The translations under genes were made by a program, and so were the position numbers. Positions 1-14,100 of a stretch of DNA of 64,000 bases are shown piece by piece. Under the pieces are notes generated by a model. It was not told the DNA's origin. It worked only from the letters and a program-made list of their open reading frames with translations, and ran no database searches. How positions within the stretch are numbered: position 1 is the stretch's first letter; each line of letters opens with the position of its first letter. This DNA is from Ramazzottius varieornatus (lineage: Eukaryota > Animalia > Tardigrada), in the NCBI GenBank assembly GCA_001949185.1, contig BDGG01000012.1, forward strand, positions 612,973 to 676,972. Direction: 5' to 3'.

Positions 1-667
1 CGATAATTATTTGATTGGAAGACGTTTTTTTTGTACAGTATCCCAGTTATATACTAAACAAACAACGTTTAGTCGACGACGGAAAACAGTTTAGGCAGAA
101 AAGTACAAATGATTGGCAACTTCCTTGCGCTTCAGCAGAAACGTACGTATTTGTCGCCTCGTTATGTCCATATCGGTTGCGGGTCCATTTATCACCCGAA
201 GCAACCTTGCATGAATTAATTACACATGTAAATACCATGAATAAAATCACCGCTATTAGTCGCAGATTTGATAGGTGCATAAAAACGATCTTTTCATGAA
301 CTTGTCAATGGAAAGTCCGCATCAAGCTGCACACATGACGAAAGAAGACAATTCGGCCAGTGAGACATGAATTCTTTGCTCAAGGTTCTGCCGATTAAAC
401 CTTGTAATATTCCGGGCGATGTATGTTCGTCTGTCTCTCTTGTTCACCTGTGAAAAACAACTGCAGTAAATAAAAGGCCATCATGCGATTACGGAACTTG
501 GTCGGTGAGAACCTCGTGAATATATTGTTTACATGACTTTCAGCGCGACACCTTTCCGTTTTTGGACGGGCAAATTTACATTCTTTGACGTCAATCAAGT
601 GTTTTAGGCTGGGCCAAGAATGCAACCTTTCCTGCTTTAAGAGCTGAAACTAATTTGTGCAATTAAG

Positions 668-3600
668 ATGTTGGAGAAACTCAAGGAGAAATATTTCCCG
701 GACGGTTTTACTTTCAGGAACCCTTTCGCTTCCGGTCCTCTTGATGATCTCAGCTGTGGAATTTTCGGATTCCGACCAAAATGGCTACAGTATTTTCGTT
801 CCATGAAGGTAGGTACTTAAGATATTCCATGAAGTTTACTGATACCCAAACTTGCTGATAGCTTGGCCACATTTTCGCATAATCTCGCTAAGATTACTTT
901 ATGTGTCATCACTGTAATAAGAGCGGCAAAGTGGGCAGAGCCGACACCAGCCCACCCAATGGCGATGCACGGTCTGTCAAGCGTTGATTGTTGATTGTCA
1001 AAGCCTCAGCGTCAAAAGCCCACAACAGACAAAATTCATTCTCGACTCTGGAGTTCCGAGCGATTTTCTCCAGCGTTCTGCTGCATATCGCTGATGAGCT
1101 TATATGGAAATCGTCGTCTTGAGTTGTTAGGATCAGGCTGGTTGGGATCTGGATAGGGGCCACGCTGGCGCGGGCAAGAGCGGACGAAGTGTTGTCTGGG
1201 ACCAGCATGACCGGAAGCTCCAGGGTTTCGCTCAGTGTTTTGGTATCTTTCACAGGTTTTCATGACATGCTACATAATCCTGGGAGTTTTCCATGGTACG
1301 TATGTCCTAAACTTGTCATACACTTTGCCTCTTTGAACGAGCAGGATCATCTGTTGAATTTCCCTCTAGGCATGTACAGCACCTACATCAGTACGGTTAT
1401 CCCTTCTCTGGAGAAGCGCTTTGGATTCACCTCTCGAGAAGGTTCGTTCAGTCCTCTTGTCTCATACTCTGCTTTACAAATTTATCTACACTTTGGGTTA
1501 TCTGCAGTCGGCACCTTTCGAGCAATGTCGGATGTCAGTCGGATATTCGCTTCGCTGGTCGTGGCCCATTATGGCGGCGCTGGTCAGTCATGTCCCAGCT
1601 CGCACTTCAATCTAAGCTCTCGGAGAACCGAACATCACCACGAATTGTTGTAGGCCATAGACCTCGATGGATAGGATTTGGAGCCATACTTTTGGGTACA
1701 CTATATTGTAGCAGTGCAGTTTATTAACGGAATCGAAGAAGCTTTTGTCCCGCCAACAGGTCTGGGGATGTTTCTGATGGCGGCCACCGAGGGCATCTTT
1801 CCAGTGACTGCCCGATCCGCCGTCACCCAAATGGTGGCTTCTGCGAAAGACTCAAATGAGAAATTCTGTCATGCCAACATCACGAAGAGTACCTATTCAC
1901 CTCACTGTGAGATAGCTCAAGAACGCAGCTTGTACCCACTAATGGTACTTGGGTTCGCCGAGTTCGTCATGGGACTGGGTGCCACCTCCATCGTCATCCT
2001 CGCTCTTCCGTTCATCGATGACAATGTCGCCACAAGGAACACTCCCCTTTACTTTGGTAAGCAGCCAGATGATAATTTGATCTGACTGCTCCTTACTCCG
2101 ACGCATCGCAGTCTGTTCCTGCAGCGTTCTCCTTCGTCGGACGCCTGTTCGGTCCGCTGTTCGGCTTCGGTCTGGGAGCGATTTGCACCAATATATTCTT
2201 CGACTTTTCTCGTAAGTAAGCCAACAGCCCGACATTACAGTGACGTTCAGCGTATGTTCCGGTTTTTCCTACTTACAGATCCGAACTTCAAGACGAATGA
2301 TCCGCGATGGGTCGCGGCTTGGTATCTCGGCCTTTTAGTCTGTGCAGCTGGAATTTTGATCAGCGGCTTTGTATTGATGGTAAGTCCTGTGACTTTCATT
2401 CCTTTTTACACCTTCAGTATGTTTTGATTACGTGATATTCCAGTTGTTCCCGTCGGTTGTGAGAGACACAAATACGTGCCCCAAGGACGCGATGGAGTTT
2501 GATGCCAAACGAAGAGCAAGCGTCATGCGCAAGTGTGTGACGTACAAAGGTCGGCAGTGAAACCTGTCTTTTTGATTGGTTTTTCATAAATTCTACGAAC
2601 TAATGGTATAAATTTATTGGCAGATTTTCCTCGGAATTTACGCAGAATTTTTACCAATGTTCCATTCATGACCAAGCTGATCAGTCAGCTCCTGGAAGCT
2701 TTGGTCATTTCCGGCTACCTCAACTTCCTCCAAAAGTTCATAAGAGAGCAGGTAAGTCAGCAGCGAATGCACAGACCATTAGCCGAATCAGGCCTCCTCT
2801 CGTTCACCACAAAGGACCATAATCATTATTCCATGGATTTTCTAGTACCAAGTGTCCCAGTCTACCGCAAGTTTGGCTACAGGTAATGCTCAAATCAGCA
2901 TTGCACCCTAGGTAAATCTTGAACATTGCATATTGATCATTGGCTTAATTGTAATTATTATACAGGTATTCCTGGAGTGTTCGTAGCTTTCGTTGGGATT
3001 TTCACTGGTACGTATTTGGTCAGAGTTACTGCTAAAATTCAGTTTGTATGTCTTGATGGTATTTTGTTTGTAGGGTCTTTCATCATCAAAAAGTTCAAGA
3101 TGGAGCCTCGACACGTGTCACTGATGACTGCTGGTGCGGCTATTGTGGGTTCAGCCGCTTATTTCATCGTCATCGCATTCGGCTGTGACAAGGTCCCCAT
3201 AGTCGGCATCGATGACGTCGCCAATCCGTACAATTTGTAAGTCCGTTGTCTGGCCCTACTTTCACAAAACAGCGCCAACCATGAATGGGTCACAGACCGA
3301 CGGAACACTCACTTACAGGAGCAGCAACCCGGAACTATGCGAAAACCGAATGGGATGCAACTGTCCAGATGGAAATTTCAACCCAATTTGCGATGTTGTG
3401 AACCAACGGTCCTACATTTCTGCCTGTGTAGCGGGCTGCATGTCGGCCAGAAGGGTAAACGGGGTAAGGTTTTACTTCTCAGTTTTATGGGGGAACTTCC
3501 TCAACTGAAGATCGGTATCCAAATGCCCGCATTGATTCCTGTTCTTTTCTTCGTTTCAGACAAAAGTCTACAGCGACTGTTCTTGTCTGGTCTCCGATAA

Positions 3601-4529
3601 GACACTTCCTGACGATTTGCCACTCGACGACAACCGAACATTGTCTGTCGAAGTTCAGCTCGTTCCTGGTTTGTGTCAAGTTACCTGCCACAACTTTATT
3701 CCGTATATTGTCGTCATGTGTGTTGCCAAACTTGTCCTGGGTCTTCCCATCTCGGGCGTCGTCATGATGCAGTTCCGGTAAGCCAACAGGAACTCCCCGC
3801 GATTTCTTGATGCGTGCTCTGACTGGGAGAATGAGTGATGTTGATTCTTCTTTCTTTCCTTCCGCAGATTAGTGGACTATGATCTGAAGAGTCTAGCGAA
3901 TGGCGTGTCCTCCGTAATGATGTCGCTGTTTGGCTTCTTGCCGGCACCTATCATAGCTGGCGCCATTATCGACACGGCTTGCAGCTACTGGCAGCAGTCG
4001 CCGTGCGGTGAAAAAGGATCCTGCTTGCTGTATAACGCTCAAGACTTCCGCTGGAAACTGCACGTCACCGTAGCTGTCTTCAAGCTCATAACTTGTGCAA
4101 TGGACCTTGTGGTAGGCCAATATTGAGGAAAAGTTCATGGCAGCCTGGTTTTTTTACTTTTTTTCACTGCAGATAACCTGGCAAGTGTGGAAGTGGAGCT
4201 GGGACCGTGAAGAATCCAAAAAGCCATCCACGCCTCGTCCGTCCCTCCCACTGCCAGTTACGCGCATGGAATCCACCGCATCTACTCTGGCTGTGACATT
4301 CAAGTCGGATACCGAAAAGAACGAGGAGGATAAGGAACGAGCTGATCAAGTGCCGGAAATGTCCCCGAGACCGACACGTGCTCGCTTGTTCTCACAGCGT
4401 CGCATGAGCGCCATCCCTGATCACTTAACTAGCTACACTAACCCCAGCAACCTAGTAGAGGAAGACGAGGAAATAGAAAAGATACCTACGATGTTCATGC
4501 AGGCTCGAAGAGGATCACTTCTGGATTAA
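668..4529 (+). CDS. Organic anion transporting polypeptide (OATP/SLCO family), paralog 1, multi-exon
   Basis: ATG at 668 (MLEKLKEKYF...CGIFGFRPKWLQYF). Spliced exons give IPSLEKRFGFTS, HYGG..HRPRWIGFG, LPFIDDNV, DPRWVAAWYLG, a Kazal-like CNC..FNPICD..SYISACVAGC, GFLPAPIIAGAIIDTAC..W..CGEKGSCLLY; stop at 4529. Confidence 0.95.
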
Positions 4530-5502
4530 AAAAATATCTTCTCCATAGTTATAGAGACTTCACGACGTCATTTTTTACCTGTCTACAATGAATGTATTAA
4601 TTGTCTGCATTTGTACAGTGCCTACCACACGTCTCCGCTCGGAAGAAGCCACGAAGGATCAATAATTTTAGCTTTCCTTGGTTTCCCATCAGTGTGTCTG
4701 TCTCGGTTAACTACATGGAATGTGCAGTTGTCCTTCGCGTGATTGGTGTGTACTTGTGTTACTCGAATGGGATCACGGGAACAACAGGTTCACCCGTCTA
4801 TTATAGATCTAACCACGCACCTGTCTCATCCCATTGGGAAATGTTATCGAATTCTCTGCATTCAAGCCGACTACCTGGAGACTTACTCATGCACGTCGTA
4901 CGTGCAAACTTGACGCGAAACGGGGAAACGCCATAACGCCAGTGGAGTACGACGAGGTGTCGTATGTGATTAATCGAAGCTCTTGGCTGCTGGGTTTTAC
5001 CTTTCAGGTCTGGCGGTTTCACTGTTAGCTGAGAAGTCTTGTGGATTGTGAGGTACTGCGCGAGCTCGAGCTGTGGTTTTGTTCGAGAGACGCGCCATTC
5101 TGATCGGGGCTTTCGTTTGTTGGTTCTTTCACACACGCAGTACGATCGGCAATCTTCATGAAGTCAGGGAAAGAGCCCCTGTCAGCATTTCTTGACGTTG
5201 TAAACTCCTTGAACTATAGTCTACTTTGTACTTTTGCGTATCACTGTCCGCCTTCTGCCAACCGGCTTGCCGCTGAGTCAAGATAAGGGAACTTGATCAC
5301 CGTCGATGAAGAGGGCGGCTCTCTGTTACGTGTTTTCGTTTTTCGCCTTCAGGCATTCAACAAGTCAACAACGCGAACAGCAATGCCAAATCTCGTCCGC
5401 AACAAACGACAAGCAACAAACCACATCGGAGTGAATTTCAAGTAGCGATATCTGTCAGTCGAGCGGTCAGGGGTGACGTCCACACGGGAGGGAAGCCGGA
5501 CC

Positions 5503-8500
5503 ATGGAGGTCCCTAGAAGGAACGAGTGGCAAGAGGTCCCGCCGATGGACTGTGGACTATTCGCTTATCGACCAAAACACCTGCAGAGATTCAATTGTAT
5601 GCGGAGTTTCATGGGATTTTTTACCACACTATTGATCGTCTATGGTAAGCGGCGGAGCTGACTCCTGAAAAGGGATATCCGCTGTATTCATCGTCCTGGA
5701 AAAACCGGGAAATCGATCCGGGTGTTTACCTTTCGTGACCTAATAACATTCTCACTAGAGCCGAACGGCGTCACAGAGTCAAACAGCTTGTCAGAAAACT
5801 GCGATAGGCTAATGATATTCGCCATGACGTCACTGACTTTCATTCATTATCGCCAACCCAGTCTGATTTAAAACTGACCAATTCATCGGAAGTTGTCCTC
5901 CATGTGTTCTTGATCTTCTTCGGTGTCATCGGTACTGAGAACGTTAACTGAAAGTTAAGCATGGGGTGTTTTCTTCTTCGCAGGTATGGCCAGTCCTTAC
6001 ATGAGCTCGGTGCTTCCATCCATCGAGAAGAGGTTCGGATTCTCCAGCCGTTCAATGGGGATAATCATGTCGGTTGGCGACGTCGGCATAATGTTAGCGG
6101 CCTTGGCCACCGCGCACTTTGGTGGACGGAAACATTCTCATCGTCCCCGATACATCTTCATCGGAAGCGCGTTGTGCGGGCTAAGCTGTATCGTTCTCGC
6201 TTCTCCGGAGATGTTCTTCCCCACCGATGCCGCTTCCGTCGTCGGAAGGATGATGGCGTCGGCCAACACCACCGAGCACCTGTGTACGCCCCATTCAAAT
6301 GCTTCTCGCATCGTGAATAACGCCACGGTTTGTGAGATAGAAAATGAAGGGAACGCGGGAGCGTTGATCGTCATGTGCGTCGCGGACTTCTTCCTGGGAG
6401 TGGGAAGCACCGTTCTTTTGATACTGGGCTTACCGTAAGTTGGCACGTCGCAGATGAATTCACCCAAATCGTGTTTCCAAGTGGCGCACGGTTTTGGCCA
6501 ATATAAACGGAAATGTGCGTCACTTAAGTTAAGGATCTGGGCGAGATCATTCGCAGCCTGACGTTCCAGTTGATCCTTGCCTTCACTTTCTTCTCGAAAA
6601 GAAAAGATGTTCACAAGTACGATGTCTTGTTTTTCTTTTCTGCAGATTCATCGACGACAATGTCCATTTGGACGACGCTCCAATTTACTTTGGTGAGCTT
6701 CTTTGACCGATCAATATTAAGTTTTTCGCCAGCGATCAATGATCATGACGTCCACTATCATCTTTCTTTGGAGTGTTACGTAACGCTGATCAAATAATTT
6801 TGTTTGTTTAGCCATATCGTTCTTCGGACGGATTTTCGGGCCAATGCTAGGTGATACATTTGTCCCCATCCCCTTTCTACAGCTCGGTAAACTTGTTCGG
6901 GAAAACTGATGGATATGGATCTGTGTTTTCAGGCTTCGGGCTGGGCGCCGTCTGTAACAACATTTTTCTGGATTTTTCAAGTACGTCATAAGTTCATAAC
7001 AATCGATGGTTCTAACGTGATCGATTCTTCGACCTGGAAACAATGTTCTTATAGGTCGCATCTAATTAAACTTTGATAATGTTATATTTTTGCAGAGCCA
7101 CGTTTCCACCAAACTGATCCCAATTGGGTAAGTCATTCATGTTGATGTCAGAATTGCAGTCAACCAAACAACAATATTCATTTTGAATCTCCCTTTCCTT
7201 AGGTCTCCGCCTGGTACTTGGGATTCCTCGTCATAGGAGTCGCTGTATTCGTCTTTGCGTTTATTATCGGTGTAAGTGTCTCATTTGTGTCGAAGACAAT
7301 GGAATGAAACGGCAAACCATTTCGGCTAGATCGCTTTTCCAAGTGGTGCACGTTCTCATTGTTATTAGCCAAGGATGTGCGCCACTTGGGGATTCGTTCG
7401 CTGACGCCCCCAAGGCCTGAATGGACATTTTGAACGCTTGCTTGAGTAGTAAAATGTGAAAAGTTGGTTTTCTTTTTGACTTCCGGCTGGGAAAAATCGA
7501 GACTATTTATTTGCACGTGGTTCCCCGCAATGGTGTAAAATGTGTGGTTCACCCGCGCAACAAGGAAGTTGTCGGTGCATAACAGCAGCGTCAGTTTCCG
7601 CCATGCACTCCAAATGGCACCTCACTCCAGCAAGTTTAGCTTTGTTCTCTGACGCAAGTTTCCGACTGGAAATCACAAAACCTGCTGTGCTTGCTCACGC
7701 GTATCCTTTCATTGTCAAACCAATGCTATATAGAGCATTGCTGTATAGGGCAGACTTAGGGTATGGTAATTATCATTGTGGGCGGCTTTTTCTACTACTG
7801 CGTAAATTATAGGAAATATTCTGTACCTTTTTTGTTATAGTGTTTTCCGGCTCATATTTCCAACGGACGAGCAACCCTCGACTATTACGCTGAGGCCAGT
7901 TCGAAGCAGTCGGAAGCTGACCTGTCTTCCTGTGACGTCAAACCGAGCTCTGCAGACGGAGCTCGTGCATCATGGAGAGGTATCTTGACTTCAAACTGGG
8001 ACGTGGTAGAATGATTTGAAGGAGATCGCTGTATCAAGTGGCGCACGCTTTCGTTGTTATCAACTGGAAGTGGCGCCACTTGGAAAAACGATTTAACTCG
8101 ATTCATGTGCTAATATTTTGAAAACTATTTGGTTCGGGTTCTGGAAAAATGATCGGGTATTTTCCCATGGATATTGGAAATTTTGATAATTATTGTTTTT
8201 CTTGCTACCTGCAGAGTTCGCGCACGACATGAAGCGTTTGCTGACAAACTTTCCGTTCATGTGTCGAGCGTTCAGCAACGTCTTAGACGGCATGATCATT
8301 ACCGGTTCGTGAATCAAGTGCCAGCGCGCGTTGTATCACAACTTCTTCCTAGCTGTTTACGTTGTCATGTTGGTCTGCAGGTTTTTTGGCATTTTTCTTC
8401 AAGTTTATTGCACAACAATTCCAGCTCTCTCAAGCTTTAGCAAGTCTTGCTGGAGGTAAGCGCTGGTATTCCATTTCCACCTTATTTGGCTTGCAGAACT

Positions 8501-10666
8501 GCAAGCTTCTCTTTCGAAGTTTCTCGCTCGGTCAAAATCAGAGTAATATGTACGAGGAAGATAATATCCAAAGTGGCTGAGCAATCAATTCATGGGTCGC
8601 GGTGCGCACCCACCTGCATACTGGCTGCCCATGGTTAATATGAGAAATATTATCCAAGTTCATAAAAAATGAGAAAGCTTATACTTTTGCACACCAGCCG
8701 AAGCTTGGGTGGTGGCACTGTGACAGGGACTTTTTCTTTGTGTTCGGCGATCGTGGCGGGGACCAGTTGGGTGTTGAGAGGGACAGACTAGGTTGAAAGA
8801 CATGACATCTTGGTTTTGATCGTTAAAATGTCCGTGACTTTGTAATGTGAAGACATTGCGAGCTCGTGGAACTGGCCACAGTGGCCAGTGGACGAGTTGA
8901 GTGCACTGTGAGTAGATCGTAAGATGGCAGTGTTAGGCGCCACTCGAGACACGAGATGTCGAGACAAAACAGTTGAGATGAGCAACGGATTGAAGTCTTT
9001 CGACCTGTTTGGTCTCCAGTAATTGTTACGGCGAGAAGACACGAACGAACACATCACTTAGTACTCAATGACATTTGACATATGATGATGCCCATTACAT
9101 CACTCTGTATTCGCAGGTGTCCCAACTATTTTCGGGATCGCATTAGGCGTCGTGGCAGGGGGACTATTGATCAGGAGGTACCGGCTGCAGCCCAAGCACG
9201 TCTGCCTGATGCTGGTCATTTCCGCCGCCATTATGTGCGTCGTGTCTTTGGTGTCAATCAACTTGGGCTGCGAACGCACGGAGGTAAAAACCGTGAAAAC
9301 CTTACTGGAGTATTCTGAACTTTTCAACAGATAGTTATGAATATAATTTTCAGGTGTTGGGCCTTAACGGTTCGGAGTCGCTACATCGGTTTTACGAAGG
9401 CTACAACGTGCGCTTCAACGATACCTATTGCTCGTCATCCATGAATTGTGGGTGCTCCGAACTGGAGTTCCGCCCAGTCTACGACCCCAAAAGCGGGGTG
9501 AACTTTTACTCCCCATGTCATGCCGGTTGTTCCAAGTACCAAGTCCGAGAATGGCACGACGAAGAGGTACAGAAAACCTCCGCTCTCAAATTTGTTCATG
9601 CTCAAGTGATTGCTAATGCTGTTTCTGTAGTTTCGGTATTACGACAACTGCTCTTGCACAAAGAACTCTGTCTGGTTCTACGATGACGTTGACAACCAGA
9701 TGCTGAACGGGCGCATGATTGGCGGGTTCGCCCCAAAAGAGTGTCATTTACTCTGGGTCTTCATCGTCGTCTTCTTCGTCGCCATGTTCTTCCTGGGGCT
9801 ACCCCTCGCTGGCAGTATCATGGTCCAGTACCGGTAAGTCTCTTGACCAAGCCAAGATCTAGTTGAGAAGCTTCGTGACTGCCTTTTCACGTACCTGCAT
9901 ATCCCTCAGACGTGTAACATCCATCATGGATAAGTATGCAGGAGCATGGAACAGTCTACTTTCACGTACTTGCATACATTACTTAATTCAATTGTTATAA
10001 CGGAGCCTATGTAGGTGTGTGAAAGAGAGTGTATTGAGTTCACCTGTTTCTCATTTCGAGTTAAATGATGTCTTTCACGATTTCTCAAGATCGTTTTCTA
10101 GCGAATGCTGACGATGACTCTCACAGGTTGGTCGACCCGGACTTGAAAAGCATGTCGACAGCGCTCGCAACCGTGCTGACGTCAGCCTTTGGCTATTTGC
10201 CGGCACCCATCTTCATGGTACGTTCCCCACAACAGTGCATGTCTGAAATTCAATTGATCACAGTATCAAGAGCGCTTGGTTGCAGGGTGCAATTGTGGAC
10301 AGCACTTGCCGCCTGTGGCAAAAGTCCAGTTGTGGAGAGAACAAGTTTTGCCTCCTGTACGACACTGACGAGTTCCGCTGGAGGTTTCTTATGACCGCCG
10401 CCTGCATCAAAGCCATCGGATCGGTTCTCGATATCATAGTCACGTTCAAAATGTGGCATATGCGATTCGACCGCAGCGCCATCGAGAGAGCCGCGGTACC
10501 AGGAACCTTTGCGTCCATGAACAGTTCTCTGACGAACGCTTCTTCGTGTCCGTCCTTTTCGTCAGCGTACTCAGAAGCAAACTTAGAACTGGAAGGGAAC
10601 AGTAGGTTGAGCGAAAGAATAAGAAAGAATTATAGTATGAATGACTTGGCCACCAGCAAACTGTAA
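5503..10666 (+). CDS. OATP/SLCO family transporter, paralog 2, multi-exon
   Basis: MEVPRRNE...CGLFAYRPKHLQRF; LPSIEKRFGFSS; HFGG..HRPRYIFIG; DPNWVSAWYLGFL; CGC..F.PVYD..NFYSPCHAGC; GAIVDSTC.LW..CGENKFCLLYD; GT-AG introns. Confidence 0.95.
6440..6566. repeat. Palindromic AAGTGGCGCAC-family element (OATP2 intron)
   Basis: AAGTGGCGCAC 6479-6489, 25-nt spacer, GTGCGTCACTT 6515-6525; imperfect outer arms. Confidence 0.85.
7320..7410. repeat. Palindromic AAGTGGCGCAC-family element (OATP2 intron)
   Basis: AAGTGGTGCAC 7341-7351, 25-nt spacer, GTGCGCCACTT 7377-7387. Confidence 0.85.
8005..8106. repeat. Palindromic AAGTGGCGCAC-family element (OATP2 intron)
   Basis: AAGTGGCGCAC 8036-8046, 24-nt spacer, TGGCGCCACTT 8071-8081. 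Confidence 0.85.
9885..10024. repeat. Tandem pair of hairpin units (second palindromic family), OATP2 intron
   Basis: TTTCACGTACCTGCATA...TATGCAGGAGCATGGAA, then TTTCACGTACTTGCATA...TATGTAGGTGTGTGAAA; period about 75 nt. Confidence 0.7.
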
Positions 10667-10877
10667 CTTAGGAGCTTTGGCGGAGCGGGAAACTGTACTT
10701 CTTTGTTGCCTTTTTCCTTTTACTTGATCTGTGATATGAGCGGTTTTACCGTCACACTTTCAAAGTCTTTCAAATGCGCGCGCTGTCACGTTTTTACTCT
10801 AATGAATTTTTTAGCAATGAAATTCAAACTTGACCGTTGTACCTGGTCAGTTGTGTAGACTTTAGCGCATAATCATT

Positions 10878-10916
10878 AGTCACGAAAATATATAGTCACG
10901 AATATATAGTCACGAA
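10878..10916. repeat. Short tandem repeat TAGTCACGAA(AA)TATA x3
   Basis: Direct reading, between the convergent OATP2 and OATP3 3' ends. Confidence 0.8.
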
Positions 10917-11122
10917 GACATACCTTTGCCTTGACAGGGATCGCGAAGTGTTAGATAGGGGAAGGGGGATCATTGCAAGTTTTCCGGATGAGAAAGTTGT
11001 CCATAAAAAAGTCTCAGCGTTATCGAAATCACAAAAAACAGTATCACGATCCAGGAAGTGACATGACGTAAACGTCTTGGGGCGTTGGTCATAACTTTGC
11101 CTGATGTGGTTCTGATGGACTG

Positions 11123-14100
11123 CTACCGGCTTTGTCTGGGACCATCTTCGTAGGTCTCCGCACCAAGTCCTGCAAGCGCAGGTCCGGCTGAAGACGAGCT
11201 GCTCGGCTCGACGTCTTCCGTGTCGAATTCTACGTGCCAGACCTTCCATGTTAACTGAAAATGCCGGAAGTTAACACGACCAGGTCCACCTTAAGTGGGC
11301 TGGTGTCTCAAGTGAGGAAATCGAATGTGGATGGGGGACTAACCAAAATGTCGAGGACACCGCCAGCCAATTTTATTATACCAGCGTACAAATGCAGCTT
11401 CCATCGTAAGGAATCGGTATCGTACAGCAGACAAAACCCCTTCTCGCCGCAACTTTTGGTCTGCCAGAGATCACAGGCAGAATCCACAATAGTACCCACG
11501 ATTATCGGCCCCGGCATCAATCCTATTGAAGACAAGAGGTAACCAACTCATCGTACAAGAACAACGAAATCTCCGATCGGAAACAAAGACAAGAAGATGA
11601 TCTTACCGAGGGCGGACCAAAGAAGAACCTGAAGGCCAGTGGCCATACTTTTCAGCTCCTTGCCCACCACCCTGAAAAACTGAGACTGCAGATTATACGG
11701 AGCTTTAGCTAAACGAGGGGTTTTCCATCTATCAGGAGGTTACTCACTGGTACTGCGTCATGACACTTCCCGAAAGCGGCAATCCCACAGTAAACATGGC
11801 AAAAAACATGATGACGATAAACACGTACAGATTTGGGCACTTCTTCGGACATAAACCGCCGACGATGGTCGCCGAATCAATCACAACCGGTTCTGAGTTC
11901 TTCCGCCATGTCACGTTGGCGTTTTGGGCGCAAAAACATTTCCCATAGGTCTTGGTCTGCAATAAGTCCAGTAAGACTTGAGAGCTTCAATGTAAAGTTG
12001 ACCTTATAGCCAAACAAGCGTTCAAGAATGACACACAAAAATAAACGGGAGCTCGGCAGTCTCGCCAAGACTGTTTTTCCTGAGTGGCGTACGTTTATGG
12101 TTTTGGTGGGTGAAATCGTGCGCTACTTGGAATACCTTGCAGAGCTCTATTGTTTTCCCAAGCGGCGCAGGTTCTCAATTTTACTGGCCAGATGCGTGTG
12201 CCACTTGAAAAACGATCTTGTCCAGTTTGCTTGCCGAGCTCCCAACCACAATTCCCCACCTCATTGACTCTGGCGACTGTCTGGCATCCGGCATGACAAG
12301 CCGAATAGTAGTTAGTGCCGGTGGTTTGGTCGCACAGAGGACTGAAGTTGGACATGGCGCAACCACAACCGTACACCAAGAAGCACCTTTGCTCGTCTGG
12401 TTGTCCATGTGGCAGCTGAGACGGAGTCTTCCACAGTTTGCCGAAGCCTGCAATGACCGTCTTCTCGCATCCCAGTCCAATTGCTCCGAAAAAGGCAGCT
12501 GTCATAACTACAGCCGAAAATGTCAAGGCAATTCCGATATGTCGTGGCTGAAGATTGAACCGCTTGGTCAGGAAGCCTCCCACTAAAGCACCCAGAGCGA
12601 TGGCCATAACGCCGGGTACACCTGGAAAGAAGAGCATCACGTCACTACGGACTCTTTTGCGTTAAATGTACGAGAACTGTGCATTATTTAGACTACGGCG
12701 TACGTTACAAAGAAACAGTTTTGCTCTCATGAAACTTTTCCCCGTAGTTTTTCTCATTAATCTGTTGCCCTAAACCCTAATTATAGAATAATTCGGACAT
12801 CGGCAAATGAGTTGAACACGATCGTTTTGCCAAGTGACGACCTTCTCCAGCCAGTATAAACGAAAGCGTGCGCCACTTCAGATGACGATCTTGTTCAATT
12901 CCTTTGCCGACGTCTCAACTACGTTGAACTATTGTCACCATTATCGAAAAAAAACTGATTTTTCCCAGGATTTTCTCTTACCGCCAGCCAAGCTTGCCGC
13001 TGAGGGCGAAAGGAGGTACTGTTGCCCCAAGAATTTCGGAAGAAAGCTCATGTAACCTGTAAACAAACGCCCGACAGTTTACTACTGTATTCCCACGGTT
13101 CATTTGGGCCGTACCGCCCGTAAAACGTTGTGACGTACCAGAAATGATAAGACCTTCCAAGACAACTCTTGCGACGCCATAAACGTACGCTTGATTGAGC
13201 AGCAAGCGCTTCACGTTTTTCGGTAGATCTACAAGGGGAAACACTTGATCGTAAATCGTCATTTGGCAAAGAAACAACCGATTCCGATAGCCACTAAAAT
13301 CCAACCCAGCAAAACCAGTCAAGTGACGACCAACTCACTCTCACCTTTGAGTGTGACTCCCTTGTCAACTGGGTTTGACGAAATAATGCCGGCTTCGATA
13401 CCTTTCACGTCGTTCGGCTCCTTCGGACTCTTCTTTTCGTTCGGTAGAGACGATGGAAAACACTGATGAAGGAAAGAAAAATTACTAATCAATGTCGAAC
13501 CGTATGCGTACGCGATCTCATCAGCTTTACCCCCATGGTCAACGCGAACAGGCACAGTCCTATCCCCGTGCCGAGGAAACCCAGATACCACGCTACAAGA
13601 AACGAAACCGTGCTGGCATACCATTCATCGTCGGACTTGATCAGTGATATTCACGTCGGCTCGAGCGTTCGTACTTACCGGAAACCCAGCGGGGATCGCT
13701 CTGTTTGAAACTCGGAATAGTCCAGTCGTAAAAGATGGTATTGCAGTAGGCTCCAAGCACAGCGCCAAGAACCGGCCCAAATATTCTTGACGAAAACGAT
13801 ATCGCTACAGACAATTAACACACCCAAAACTAAAGTCAGAAGCAAAGGCTGGTACACAAGGTTCCAGTCAAGTTCAGACAACTTACCCATATAGATACCT
13901 GAGTTCTTCTTTTGGGTGTTATCATCGATAAAGGGGAGGCCAAGTACCATGAGCGCAGTAGAGCCCATACCAAGGAGGAACTGCGCCACACCAAAGATAA
14001 TCAAAGGTCCCAGCGGACTTTCAGCACGGCCTATACATCTGTCCTCGACATCGGATGTGTTCGATACAACGGACGCAGTCGCCCGGTTTCTGAGACAAAG

